From Octopus sinensis (taxonomy: Eukaryota): a stretch of DNA of 64,000 nucleotides. The translations under genes were made by a program, and so were the position numbers. The stretch covers positions 12,462,001 through 12,526,000 of the forward strand of contig NC_043002.1 of NCBI RefSeq assembly GCF_006345805.1, written 5' to 3'. The stretch's first letter is position 1; every line of letters begins with the position of its first letter. The notes under the pieces are model-generated. The model was not told where the DNA came from. It was given only the letters and a program-made list of their open reading frames with translations, and did not search any database. Shown here in pieces: positions 51,345 to 63,859 of the stretch.

Positions 51345-51586
51345 AACACGATTGTTTTTATGGAAGACCAACAGTCACCTATGCATACCGGTTTTCCGTC
51401 TCTGTGTCAATGATGGCCGATACAGCTTGGCACCAGAGACGTCTACAGTTGAGTGGACTGGAGCAACGTGAAATAAAGTGTCTTGCTCAAGAACAAGAGC
51501 ACAACACACAACCTGGTCTAGGAATCGAGCTCACTACCTCATGATTGTGAGCTCGACGCTCTAACCACTGAGCCACGCTCCTTCAC
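51345..51586 (-). mobile_element. tRNA-derived SINE family C
   Basis: Minus head GTGAAGGAGCGTGGCTCAGTGGTTAGAGCG; core shared with 10103-10293. Confidence 0.85.
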
Positions 51587-51764
51587 TATATACACATACA
51601 TAATATCTGACAGTCAATAGTTGACAACAATTTGATAAAAACAATGTTACATTAATCTACATCAGTGGGTCCCAACCTTTTCCCAGTGGTCCCCAACAGT
51701 GCTTCCCAACTTTATTTAAATGAGTTTTCCCACGGAACCCTTTTTGACGGCTACATCCATACAT

Positions 51765-51922
51765 TTCTTTATATTCTCTCTCTTCTTATTTCCTCGTGTT
51801 CCTTTCTGTTGAAGAGCGTAAAATCTTGCTCACGTTCCTGAGAGTCAAAGAGTCAAACTAACATGCCTGCTTGTTACTTATACACCTGTCTTAGTCTTTC
51901 GTCTTTCCGTAAATTTCAACTT
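51765..51922 (+). mobile_element. Penelope-like tail family P1, hammerhead internally deleted
   Basis: GTGTTCCTTTCTGTTGAAGAGCGTA then a deletion; tail ACACCTGTCTT...GTAAATTTC. Confidence 0.6.
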
Positions 51923-52049
51923 TATACACACACACACACACACGCACACATATATATATATAGGGTGACCCAAAAGTAGGTTTACAATTATCACGTAGGC
52001 ACTTACAATTTCTTTTAAACCGTGTTATTACATTTAAATTTCTATCTTA

Positions 52050-52109
52050 CAATTATTATTATCATTCAGGTCACTGCCTGGAATCGAACTAGGAATCGAA
52101 CTCAGAATG

Positions 52110-52164
<55 letters not shown>

Positions 52165-52320
52165 CAACAACAACAACATCGAAAAATACCTTAGGAATGA
52201 GAACCCAGGTTCGAAATTTCCCCAAGACACCTGATGAAGGCTGGAGGGTACATCAGTCAAAACGTTGGTGTTAACAACAAGCAAGACGAGGACAAATATC
52301 CGTCAAATGTAAGTAATGTA
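52050..52320 (+). mobile_element. Penelope-like tail family P2 preceded by (TAA)n and an inverted B-box-like piece
   Basis: GACAC-CTGATGA-AGGCTG-GAGGGTACAT-CAGTC-AAAA-CGTT (GAAA mutated); homologous to 12721-12888. Confidence 0.7.
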
Positions 52321-52513
52321 AAGGTATTTATTTGTTGGACTAAAATCTTTCAATCCGTGCTCCAGCATGGTCGCAGTCCAATGAAAGAAAATACAGGAAG
52401 ATATAAAATGGAGGTTGAATATTATTATGTTTTTAAATACTTACGTAATGGTAAATATCATAACCCCCAAACACACCTTTGTAAAATTGTCATTTAATAT
52501 AAGTATATATGAA

Positions 52514-53122
52514 GGCGGCGAGCTGGCAGAACCGTTAGCACGCAGGGTAAAAGCTTTAGCGGTATTCCGTCTGCCGTTACGTTCTGAGTTCAATTTCCGC
52601 CGAGGTCGACTTTGCCTTTTATCCTTTCGGGGGTCAATAAATTAAGTACCAGTGGCGTACTAATGACTGGTTCCCTCCCCCAAAATTTCGGGCCATGTGC
52701 CTAGAGTGGAAAAAATTCAGGCGGCGAGCTGGCAGAGACGTTAGCACGAAGAGCGAAATGCTTAGCAGTATTTCGTGTCTTTACGGTCTGCGTTCAAATT
52801 CTGCCGAGGTCGACTTTGCCTTTCATCCTTTCGGGGTCGATAAACTGAGTACCAGTTACGCACTGGGGTCGATGTAATCGACTCAATCCCTTTGTCTGTC
52901 CTTGTTTGTCCCCTCTATGTTTACCCTCCCCCCTTCCCTGTGGGCAATAAAGAAATAATTATTATTAAGGCAAGCGAGCTAGCAGAGTCATTACTTTGCC
53001 GGAAAATATGCCTCGAAGCATTTCTTCCGGCTCTTTACGTTCTTAATTGACTTTCAGCTTTGGGTCGATGTAATCGATTTGTCCCCTCCCCTCAAATTAA
53101 GTGGCCTTGAGACAAAATTAGA
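52514..53122 (+). mobile_element. Three tandem SINE B units
   Basis: Heads GGCGGCGAGCTGGCAGA at 52514, ~52720 and ~52968. Confidence 0.88.
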
Positions 53123-53739
53123 GCTATTATGTCATAGAACCATTGTTCTTTCGCCTCCACACCAGACGTCTCATCACAACAACCCATTATAAGAACTACT
53201 GATATTTATCATCTTCTCAGTTTTTATCGAAGCTAGATTCACTTACACTTCCTCTATGCCATCCTCTCTTCCATTATCTTTATCTTTAGCAACTTTCATA
53301 ACATAACCTCATTGTTACCTCCAAAACTTCTACCTAACAACAACATTTAAATTAAGTTAATTGCAAACAATCTAGTCTTTATTAAGAAATCTCCAAACTA
53401 CAATAACTTTTAATGTATTTTTAACTCACTTTATCCTATTTTATCTATTTTATTTCATCTAACTTTCTATTCTCCAATTTATCTTAGATCATTCTATGAT
53501 TTAAGTTCTTCGAAACACTTTAAATAATAATATGTTTTCTTAACTGTTATCGTTAAATTATTAATCTAAATGAATTACCTCCCTTCTGTTATCCTCTTCG
53601 TTGACAGAGTATCACTAGTGACTATTCTTCACATTCAATTTTTTTTTAAACGAAACATATATGTTTTTATGATGCTAAAAACTCTTGGAAATTTGCAGAA
53701 TCAATCATTTCTTTTAGTTCTAGCAGCCCAACTTTAATA

Positions 53740-54609
53740 CGTGGTCTGATCAATAAGTATCCGGACTAGTGCCATAGTAACGAAGCTAAAGAATGCAGGG
53801 TAAAGCTGCTTCGCACAAATTGATCTTGAACTTGGCTGTGCATGTCCACTAAGTTTTAACGTTCTAACTCACTTCCGCTGTTTACAGCAGTGCTTGGAAG
53901 GAAGGAGTGTAGCGTGTGATCGTCTCACTGACCATTAAAGAGGGAGTTGAGCAGAGAATTTGCATCAAATTTTGCTAAAACCTTGGCGATATCTGCTCAG
54001 AGGCCTACACAAAGTTTTCAGAAAGTTTTCTTTCTTGACACAATCAAAGGTATCTTGTGCAACTGAAACCCGAGTCTTCTTGGTCAGCTGAAAGCGGTTT
54101 TGGCACAAACTTGACAGACACGTGTCTCATACCAAAATCTTCAGTGATAAGAGCCTGAACTGAACCGTAACTAATCTGCACATCCTCTGATAACTCACGG
54201 ATGGTGATTCGACGATTTCCCCCTCACAGCTGCACTCGCATCTGCGATGTTTTTCTAAGTTCTGATAGTTGCGGGTCTCCCAAAACGTTCGTCAATATCG
54301 ACATCTTTGTAGACCATCTTGGAAACGTCTGAACCACTCATACCCTTCTCCCCATACATTTTCTGCAACGTTGCGTAGGCCTCTGAGCAAATATCACCAT
54401 GACAAACTTCGCCATGGTCAATGCGATGATCACACACTACGCACGTTCCTTCCAACCACTGTTGTAAACAGCTGAAGTGATCTAGAACTTTAAAACTTAG
54501 TGTACATACATAGTAGAGTACAAGATCAATTTGTGCCAAGCGGTTTTACTCTGCGTACTTTAGCTTCATTACTATGGTATCAGTCCGGATACTTATTATC
54601 TAGACCTCG
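53740..54609. mobile_element. Non-autonomous mariner derivative made of two inverted 5' ends
   Basis: TA|CGTGGTCTGATCAATAAGTATCCGGACT ... AGTCCGGATACTTATTATCTAGACCTCG|TA; inverted homology extends ~270 bp; the minus strand encodes ERFGRPAT, NRRITIREL, VSVKFVPK. Confidence 0.88.
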
Positions 54610-54625
54610 TATATTTTCCATATAA

Positions 54626-54857
54626 TTCTTTTATTCTTTATATGTTTTAGTCATTTGACTGCGGCCATGCTGGAGCACCGCCTTTAGTCGAATCAAATCC
54701 ACCCTAGGACTTATTCTTTGTAAGCCTGGTACTTATTCTATCGGTCTCTTTTTGCCAAACAGCTAAGTTACGGGGATGTAAACACACCACTATCGGTTGC
54801 CTATCGATGTTGAGGGGGACAAATACAGATACACAAACACACACACACACACACACA

Positions 54858-54909
<52 letters not shown>

Positions 54910-55072
54910 CGATGGGCTTCTTTCAGTTTCCGTCTACCAGATCCACTCACAAGACTTTGGTCGGCCCGAGGCTGTAGTTGAAGACACTTGCCCAAGGTGC
55001 CACGCCGTTGGACTGAACCCGGAACCATGTGATAGGTAAGCAAGCTACTTACCACACAGCCACTCCTGCGAC
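54626..55072 (-). mobile_element. SINE family A, full length, CA linker
   Basis: Reverse complement of the family consensus. Confidence 0.93.
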
Positions 55073-55184
55073 TATAATACACACTTTTATCAATGTGTAC
55101 ATCGGTCTTCCCTCTCTCCCAGTTCATTTTCCCCTCTATGCATCTACTGGTGTGGGGATGTATTTCTAATAGGAAGAATATTAA

Positions 55185-55330
55185 GTTCTCGAGATCGTGA
55201 GTTCAATTCCAGGCCCAGGTGTGCGTTGCATATTTGAGCGAAACACTTCACCTCATGTTGTTCTCTGATCACTTGGACACCTGACGTACACTACAACGTG
55301 TACTCGTTCAGGCAACGTCGATTTCAAAGG
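55185..55330 (+). mobile_element. tRNA-derived SINE remnant (C-like)
   Basis: GAGTTCAATTCCAGG B box, TTTGAGCGAAACACTTCAC core. Confidence 0.55.
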
Positions 55331-55935
55331 AAAGAAAGTGAGCTAAAATAGAGTACATACATTTATTCATTTGATGCCTTTTAAAAAAATCCTTTGTGAA
55401 TGTTGTTCAGCCAGAAATTGCAGAACTGTCTGTCTCGAACTTCGAAAGACGAGAGACGGGAGACTACCTTCATATCTAATGGTGCAGAGGACTCAGTGTA
55501 GAGAGGGCTCAGTGTAGAAAGGGCTCAGGGCATAGAGTGTCCCTTTGATGTCTAGGGCTCTGGGGCTTGCAGTGGAGTTCTCTCCGTTGCAAGCATTCGT
55601 ATTAGGTTTATAACCAGACTATCATTTACGCTCTTTTCTCTTTCAGGTAACGGAGATTCCGGCAAAGGATAATAGTTTACCCTCCCCTTTCTTCCGTAAT
55701 GACTTTACCACAAGAAATTAAAAAAAGAAGCAGCACATATGCTAGGACACAACATCTTCCTAAGCAGACCGAGTGCAGATATGAATAGCATATGGGAACA
55801 GGTATTAAGGATAGGAGAATATTAGATTTATAAGCCCTAAAAATTCACTCCATAATTTCCCACGGGCTTAGTAGTGGTGAACCACGATATGGCGAGGGAT
55901 TTCTGTATGTATGTATGTATGTATGAATGTATGTA

Positions 55936-55973
<38 letters not shown>

Positions 55974-55974
<1 letters not shown>

Positions 55975-56211
55975 AGTAATCCTCCGACTACCGCGGGTGT
56001 TACGTTCCAAAAAAACCCGCAATAGGTGAAAATCCGCGAAGTAGAAACAGTACTGTATATTTTTTAAAATATTTTTATAACTTATATTTATTTTATTATA
56101 CATGCAAAAGAACATGGAGGTATCGACATAAGCTTAAGTAATAAACCGCGATAAGTGAACTGCAATAGGTAAACGGCGTTAGGTGAACCGCGATATGACG
56201 TGGGATTACTG
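55974..56211. mobile_element. pogo/Tigger-type MITE (same family as 45983)
   Basis: TA|CAGTAATCCTCCG ... CGTGGGATTACTG; an extra orphan right end at ~55876-55904. Confidence 0.8.
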
Positions 56212-56249
56212 AATGTATATATTTCGTATATGTTTACCCTTCATCGCTT

Positions 56250-56655
56250 ACTAGTTTCAGCCATTGATCTGTGGACGTGCTCAGGGCACTGCCTTGAAGA
56301 GTTTAGCCGAATACATCGTTCCCCCGTCCCAGAACTTAGCTGTTGTTTTTAGTATCTGGTACTTAGTCTATTAGTTTCAGTTTCTTTTGCCGAGCCATTA
56401 AACTACGGGGACGTAAACAAACAAACACGGGTTCAAGCGGAGTGAGGAGGCAAACACAGACACAAAGTCACACACACACACATTTACACACGCATATGCG
56501 ATTGACTCCTACACAGTTTTCGCCGACTAACGACTCGCAATTCATTAGTCAGCATAGAGCTACAGTAGAAGACACTTGCTCAAGGTGCTGTGCAGTGAGA
56601 CCGAACCCAAAATCCAGTGGTTGCAAAGCGAATTTCTTAACCACACAGCTATGCT
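56250..56655 (-). mobile_element. SINE family A, old copy
   Basis: GTAGAAGACACTTGCTCAAGGTGC, TTCTTAACCACACAGC, ACGGGGACGTAAACA. Confidence 0.75.
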
Positions 56656-57017
56656 TGTGCTGTTAATTCCAATCGGATCTATGATAATCTTTCTCTTCAT
56701 TCTTCCTCTCTGTACAGCTACATATTGATAGAGCCTGACACAGCAAGCGTTACCACTGTCGCCGACTGCCAAACCAATTTGTTGCCACAAACACGAAGCA
56801 GATATCGCTGCACTTGTCGTTTGAAATATATTCGCCCGATGGCGAAGATAAAATAAACCCTTCGTCGATTTACTGGTGACGCAAGTTAATTCTCCTATGG
56901 AATTACATTAACAAAATAAAAATAATAGACCAGACGTTAAACCGGCAGTGGGAAATAAAAAGAAGGGTTCTGGGAACAAACAGCCTTGAAAATAAAATAA
57001 ATATAGCATTTTGGTTT

Positions 57018-57790
57018 AGGTGGCGAGCTGGTGGAATCGTTAGCACTTTGGACAAATGCTTAACGGCTTTTTAGCAGATTCCTTACGTCGTGGTCGATAT
57101 TTTGTCATCGCTCCACCAGTTCCTTTTCGGTGACTTTATCACCAATCCCCCTTTTTCATTTCACTATTACTCTACACTAAGGTGGCGAGCTGGCAGAAAT
57201 GTTAGCACGCCGGGCGAAATGCTTAGCGGTATTTCGTCTGCCGTTACGTTCTGAGTTCAAATTCCGCCGAGGTCGACTTTGCCTTTCATCCTTTTGGGGT
57301 CGATTAAATAAGTACCAGCTACGCACTGGGGTCGATATAATCGACTTAATCCGTTTGTCTGCCCTTGTTTGTCCTCCCTGTGTTTAGCCCCCTGTGGGTT
57401 GTAAAGAAATAGGTATTTCGTCTGTCTTCATGTTCTGAGTTCAAATTCCGCCGAGGTCGACTTTGCCTTTCATCCTTTCGAGGTCGATAAATTAAGTACC
57501 AGTTACGCACTGGGGTCGATGTAATCGACTTAATCCGTTTGTCTGTCCTTGTTTGTCCCCTCTATGTTGAGCCACTTGTGGGCAATAAAGAAATAAGAAT
57601 CATTAGCACGTCGAGCGAAATGCTTATCGGCATTTCATCTGCCTTTGTGTTCTGAGTTCAAATTCCGCCGACGTCGACTTCGCATTTCATCCTTCCGAGG
57701 TTGATAAAATAAGAACCAGTCGAACTCTGAGGTCGATGTCATCGACTTAACCTTTACCCCCAAAATGTTGGCCTTGTGTCAAAGTTTGAA
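57018..57790 (+). mobile_element. Multimeric SINE B array (head fragment plus three core units)
   Basis: GTTCTGAGTTCAAATTCCGCCGA at ~57248, ~57432 and ~57649. Confidence 0.9.
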
Positions 57791-57979
57791 AACCTTTCTT
57801 CCCTCCACTTTGTAACTCCTCCATTTCTTATTAGCTTTGTGTTTTGTGTTGCCATTTCCCATCAACCCTTTTGAAATACATATCACTGAGTTGATGTAAT
57901 CCACTGGCCCCTCTCCTCAAAATCTTAGGCCGTGTGCCTATACAAGAAAGGCTTATTATTATTATTAGTTTCAAATGTA

Positions 57980-58385
57980 GGCAAAAGTCAGTATTTTCGG
58001 GGTCGGCGGCAGGGGTCAGTTGATAAGATTTGACCCTAGTCTTCAACTGTTACTTATTTCAACCTCGATTGGGATGAAAGGCAAAGTCAACCTAGGAGGA
58101 TTTTGGAATTAGAACATAGAGACGGACGAAATGCTGCTAAGCATTAAATCCGGCATGCCACCTTATAAAAGGATAATTAATATTGTTAAGGCGTCGAGTT
58201 GGCAGAATCGTGAGCACGCCGGACAAAATGCTTAGCAACATTTCGTCCGTCTTTACGTTCAGAATTCAAAATCCGTTGAGGCCGGCTTTGTCTTTCTTCC
58301 TTTCGGAGTCGATAAATTAAGTTCCACTTGAGATTAGAGGTCGATTTAACCGACGTATCCCAACCCCACCAAAATTGCTGGCCGT
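57980..58385. mobile_element. Head-to-head SINE B pair (57980-58162 -, 58189-58385 +)
   Basis: GGATGAAAGGCAAAGTCAACC...GACGGACGAAATGCTGCTAAGCAT vs ATGCTTAGCAACATTTCGTCCGTC. Confidence 0.75.
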
Positions 58386-58597
58386 GAATACTGAAACTGA
58401 CTGGCGTCGTCTTCCTGGGGTGGACGAGGTAGTTGTAATCTCGGTTACAAATACACCATAGAAAACGGACCACTGGCCTTATGACACCTAGACCTCAAGA
58501 GAGAGTAACAAAAACTTTTGTTAGTAGAAAAGGGGGCTCAACTTATAGACTTGTGTTATCTGTCTGCGACCCTGCTTAATACAGCTTTGAATTTTTT

Positions 58598-58762
58598 CAT
58601 CTGTCTTTATGTTCTGAGTTCAAATTCTGCCGAGGTCGATTTTGCCTTTCATCCTTTCGGGGTCGATAAATTAAGTACCAGTGGCGTACTGGTGTCGATC
58701 TAATCGACTGCTCCCCTTAACCCACCAAGATTTCGGGCCTTGTGCCTAGAATAGAAAAGAAT
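58598..58762 (+). mobile_element. SINE B core plus terminal tail
   Basis: GTTCTGAGTTCAAATTCTGCCGAGGTCG...TTTCGGGCCTTGTGCCTAGAATAGAAAAGA. Confidence 0.85.
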
Positions 58763-59045
58763 ATAGCATTGCATTTTGAGAAAATGTTTTCCGTACGTAG
58801 GCATTACACTTAGTGGTTTATATAAATTCCTGTGACCGGGATTCATTTAAGCGGCTACGCACTTAAGACAGCTGAATACCTGACGCTTATAACTGGCAGG
58901 CCATTAAACCTGCTAGAAATAGCAGTTAGATATCCCCAAATACAAACTCTTATCACTTTTTAAAAATAGATTACGTTAAGTCTGAGGAAATAGTAGTGCC
59001 CCAATGAATGAAGCTAGTGAGTGTATATATATATATATATATATC

Positions 59046-59080
<35 letters not shown>

Positions 59081-59376
59081 TATATTATATATATATATAT
59101 GTGTGTGTGTGTGTATATGTATGCGTTTATGTATACATATATACATACATACATGCATATCTATCTCTCTCTCTCTCTACATATACATTATATATGTGTT
59201 TTGCTTATGTTTGTTATATACATGGATGTAATGTGTGTGTGCGTTTGAATATACGCACATGCATATAGGTACATATGTATATATTTATAAATATATATAT
59301 ATATAAATATAATAAATATAATATATATAAATATATAAATATATAATATATATAATATGTATATTATATGTTTATG

Positions 59377-59411
<35 letters not shown>

Positions 59412-60020
59412 GCACACACAACGGTGCATTATCTATGCTTGCTTAGATGTGTGTCTTTGCAAATGCCATCTAAACAGAATGATAGCGATGGAGATGTAGA
59501 CAATGAGCAGAAAAATGCCCAGGTATAGATAGACAGGTAGATAGAGAGTGAAGGGGAGATAAAGAAGAAGAAGGAGGAAAGAGAGGGGGAGATAATTAGA
59601 GAGAAAAGAAAACAGGGGAGAGACAGAAAGAGGAAGAGTAGATAAAATTCAACGATAGAAAAAGGCAACAGGAAAGGAAAGATAAAAAAAAAGGGGTAAG
59701 AAATAGAAGAGTTACAAAGAGGAGAGTATTATAGAGAGATAGTGTAATGAAAAAGAGGATTAGAAATATAGATAGAGGAGAGGAATTGATGGAGAGATGG
59801 AGAGATGACGAAAAACTTATTTGTAAATGAGAGAGGGGTACTACGATAAAGATAGCGGGAAATGGAATTAAGACGTTGAACGAACGGACATGATGGAATT
59901 ACTTGAGAAAAAAGGAAATACAGAACAACAACAACCAGAAACATACTACATACATACATACATATATATATGTGTATATATATATATATATATAATATAT
60001 AATATATATATATATTAATA

Positions 60021-60078
<58 letters not shown>

Positions 60079-60103
60079 GGTGTGTAGATATATATATATA
60101 GTG

Positions 60104-60152
<49 letters not shown>

Positions 60153-60640
60153 ATATTATATATATACGTATAAAAAATGCTGTGAAGAATACATGGAGGA
60201 AAGCACTAACCTAACTACATATAGATTATAGAAGTACGTTGAGTAAACTATCAAATAGAAAAGAAAAGAATAATGCCAAAACAAAAAAAATAATAAATAA
60301 TAATAATAAAGAGGCAGCAGGAATAAGTAAAACGTTGTAAATATATATATACGGTAAGTAGAGAACAAGAAATGGTAAAGAAAACAACATAAACGAGAGT
60401 AAAAATAAAAATCAACAATCGCCTGTTTTAAGAGTGAACAAAAAAAGGGTAATTATAATGTAGGAACTTCTACGATTCTTATCTGAGAGAAGACTTGAAT
60501 CGTAGACAGAAATCTGCAAAAGTAGTTGATTTTCGCATCTGATATTGGAAGAGAGAAATATACATACACATACATTCATACCTACATATATATTATATAA
60601 TATATATATTATATATTATATATATATATATATATAGATA

Positions 60641-60691
<51 letters not shown>

Positions 60692-60700
60692 GTATTTATA

Positions 60701-60744
<44 letters not shown>

Positions 60745-60769
60745 TATATATATATGTATGTATATATAT

Positions 60770-60801
<32 letters not shown>

Positions 60802-61394
60802 AGAGAGGAAACGGTAGCAAAAATGTACAAAGTAGTCTCGATTAAAACATAAATTATCGCCTGGAAAATTACTTATTTCCTGTCTTATTGTTTGAAGAAT
60901 TTACTTACATATCGCTAACTATCTTTCCTCACTTTATTGATTTCCAGGTGTAGGAAAAATAAAGTAAAGTAAAATAAAATAAAGGATAATACAAAAAAAA
61001 AAGCAAAAATGAAATAAAAATGAAATGAAAACAAATAAGAGACGAAACAAGCAATTCATTGGATTCTGTAAGTATTTGTGTGACGTCTTAATTTTACTGA
61101 TCTGTGATGTTTAAAGGCAAAGTAAAGACGTGTGTGCATGAATATATACATATGTATATATGTGTAAGTTGATCAAAGGTCGTGTACGTACGTTTCCTAA
61201 ACAGGCGATTCAGTGTCTCTGTAAGCACAGACAGTGTGGTTATACCACAGGGCTCACACAGCGAGGAGATTTGACTCAGCGAAGCGGAATGCAAATGCAT
61301 TAAGTATGAGTCTACGAACGCAATCCCGGTTTAGTCACACATACAGAAAGGTTGTTACAGTATTTTAGTTGCATATACGTATTGTGTGTGTGTG

Positions 61395-61433
<39 letters not shown>

Positions 61434-61547
61434 TAAGTAGATAGATTGATAGATAGACAAATAGATAACTAGTTAAAGAGAGGTGCTGCATGGCCGCAGT
61501 CGATTGACTGAAACAAGTAAAAGAATAAAAGAATACATACATATATA

Positions 61548-61827
61548 TATTCTTTTATTCTTTTACTTGTTTCAGTCAATCGACTGTGGCCATGCTGAAG
61601 CACCGCTTTTAGTCAAGCAAATCGACACCCGTACGTATTGTTTGTATGCCTGGTGCTTATTTTACCGGTCTCTTTTTTCAAACCGTTAGGTTACGGGGAC
61701 GTAAACACCACCAGCATCGATTGTCAAGTGATGGTGGGGGAACAATCACAGGCAACAAACATATACACACACACGCATATATATATATATATATATATAA
61801 TATATATATAATATATATGTATATATG

Positions 61828-61883
<56 letters not shown>

Positions 61884-61886
61884 ATG

Positions 61887-61921
<35 letters not shown>

Positions 61922-62125
61922 TATATATATATTATATATATATATATATTATATATATATATATATATACGATGGGCTTCTTTCAGTTTCCGTCTACCAA
62001 ATCGACTCACAAGGCTTTCGTTGCCCCGAGTTTATAGTAGAAGATGCTTGCCCAAGCTGCCACGCAGTGGGACAGAACCTGAAACCATATGGTTAAGCTT
62101 CTTACCACGCAGCCACTCTGGCGCC
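61548..62125 (-). mobile_element. SINE family A with a greatly expanded TA linker
   Basis: Both halves present, separated by ~200 bp of (TA)n. Confidence 0.88.
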
Positions 62126-62319
62126 CATATATACACACACACACCCACATGCACATATGTGTACAGGACATCACCAACAGTGCAAATAACATGAAATACG
62201 TAAACAACAATAAAAAAAATAGAAAACAGGACAAGTAAGCACGAAGAGTTGTCAGCTGTCTATCTACTCCTCATTTCGAGCATTCAACGACAATATGAGT
62301 CTTCAGTGACAGTTGCTCC

Positions 62320-62455
62320 CGGTTCAGCAAAAAGAGACCGATAGAATAGGTATTAGGCTTACAAAGAATAAGTCATGGGATTGATTTGTTCGACTAAAGG
62401 CGGTGCTCCAGCATGACCGCAGTCAAATGACTGAAACTAGTAAAAGAACAAAAGA
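62320..62455 (+). mobile_element. SINE family A 3' end
   Basis: CAAAAAGAGACCGATAGAATAGG...GGCGGTGCTCCAGCATGACCGCAGTCAAATGACTGAAAC. Confidence 0.85.
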
Positions 62456-62499
62456 ATAATACTTTTATCCAGTAAATATAAATGTAAACGGAAGTCGTG

Positions 62500-63030
62500 T
62501 ATTCCTTCCTTCCTTCATTCATTAATTCTCCCCTGTCCCTTCACCGTGTGGTCCCTGGGGCATTCGTCAATGACGTTGTAACTAGATTTCACCACTTCCG
62601 TCAGTCTTCTGTTTGCTGTCCGCTGAAGACGTTAACCCGGGTGACGACCTCTTCAGTGGGAGTCCTGGTCTGGCAGTCATCATCATAAAGGTATCATGAA
62701 TGAATAAGTTCGCTTGGCTACACCCATTCCTCTCCAAGCTGTTGGCCACAAGCGTATGCCTCTAACTGAGGCATAGTGTCCTGGCTCCGAACACCAGGCT
62801 GTTAACTTGAGCAGGTTGCTCCGCCCTTAGCGGTGACTCCTTGCGAAGACTTACCCGAAATCTTTCCCCTTTTGGTGCAATATTAACATGATGTCCTTAC
62901 ATGGTTTAGCTCCCCAGCTGAATGTATTAGAGTATGACTCTAGGAGCCATCGAATGAGAGATTAAGAGTTGAATGAGGACCCGAGATGTCTTACCAGGTA
63001 ACCATCCATTGCTGGGTACAGCTGTCAGAC
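62500..63030 (-). mobile_element. Possible RTE-related non-autonomous retroelement
   Basis: GC-richer block ending (minus strand) in a short GAAT/GAAG repeat tail; no protein motif recognised. Confidence 0.25.
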
Positions 63031-63556
63031 ACTATGTTATTGCAGTGCCATAATCTGTGTTTACTGCACATGCTGCAGTTGTGCTTTAGCTTAAGATTGT
63101 AGGCTTATAGCTGCATATCCCACCTTTTTAGACATAGTGTATCTCGTATTATACTGCTTAACGTGTTCTCTGTTCTTTAAAGGAAGATTTGCTTCTTCGT
63201 TCTAACACGTTCGTGGCAATGGCTTTCTTGTTAGCATGCATAGAGAGCAAAAGAATATAAACGAATGTCTAACTACGAGAAATAAAAGGATTGTGAATGA
63301 TGGCGATGAGGTTTCAAGTGCAATCCACTAATGTAGGTTTCTGCATGCCTTCAATCACACACCATAGCAATTCATGGCACCTCTTTTAGGTGAACAAGGT
63401 TTTGTCCTTTTACGAGATATTCAGTTTCTACCTTATTCTGCTCTTTTCTCGACCGACGATTCCACATGCACTGCTCCTATGTCATTTAGTAAAGAGAATC
63501 AAGGTTAACGACTCGTAGAACTACGGCATTTCGTTATGTCAGTGATGTTGGTTTTC

Positions 63557-63820
63557 TTTTATTCTTTTACTTCTTTCAGTCATTTGACTGCGGCCATGCT
63601 GGAGCACCGCCTTTAGTCGAATCAAATCGACCCCAGGACTTATTCTTTGTAAGCCTAGTACTTATTCTATCGGCCACTTTGCCGAACCGCTAAGTTACAG
63701 GGATCTAAACATACCAGCATCGGTTGTCAAGCGATGTTGGGGGGGACTAGCACAGACACACAAACATATATACACACATATATATACGATGTTGGGGGAA
63801 CAAACACATATACACAACAT

Positions 63821-63859
<39 letters not shown>

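Noticed and set aside
51961-51990. TAGGGTGACCCAAAAGTAGGTTTACAATT resembling the 37994 TIR; hAT-like CAGTGGGTCCCAACC at ~51663; mariner-like TIR at ~47973
   Set aside because: Orphan ends with no partner TIR located
57181-57790. CRISPR-like repeat-spacer array
   Set aside because: Eukaryotic context; units are ~185-bp SINE modules with repeated rather than unique spacers; no cas genes
59463-59528. Possible first coding exon MPSKQNDSDGDVDNEQKNAQ|gtatag
   Set aside because: Weak donor, purine-rich low-complexity context, no downstream exon found
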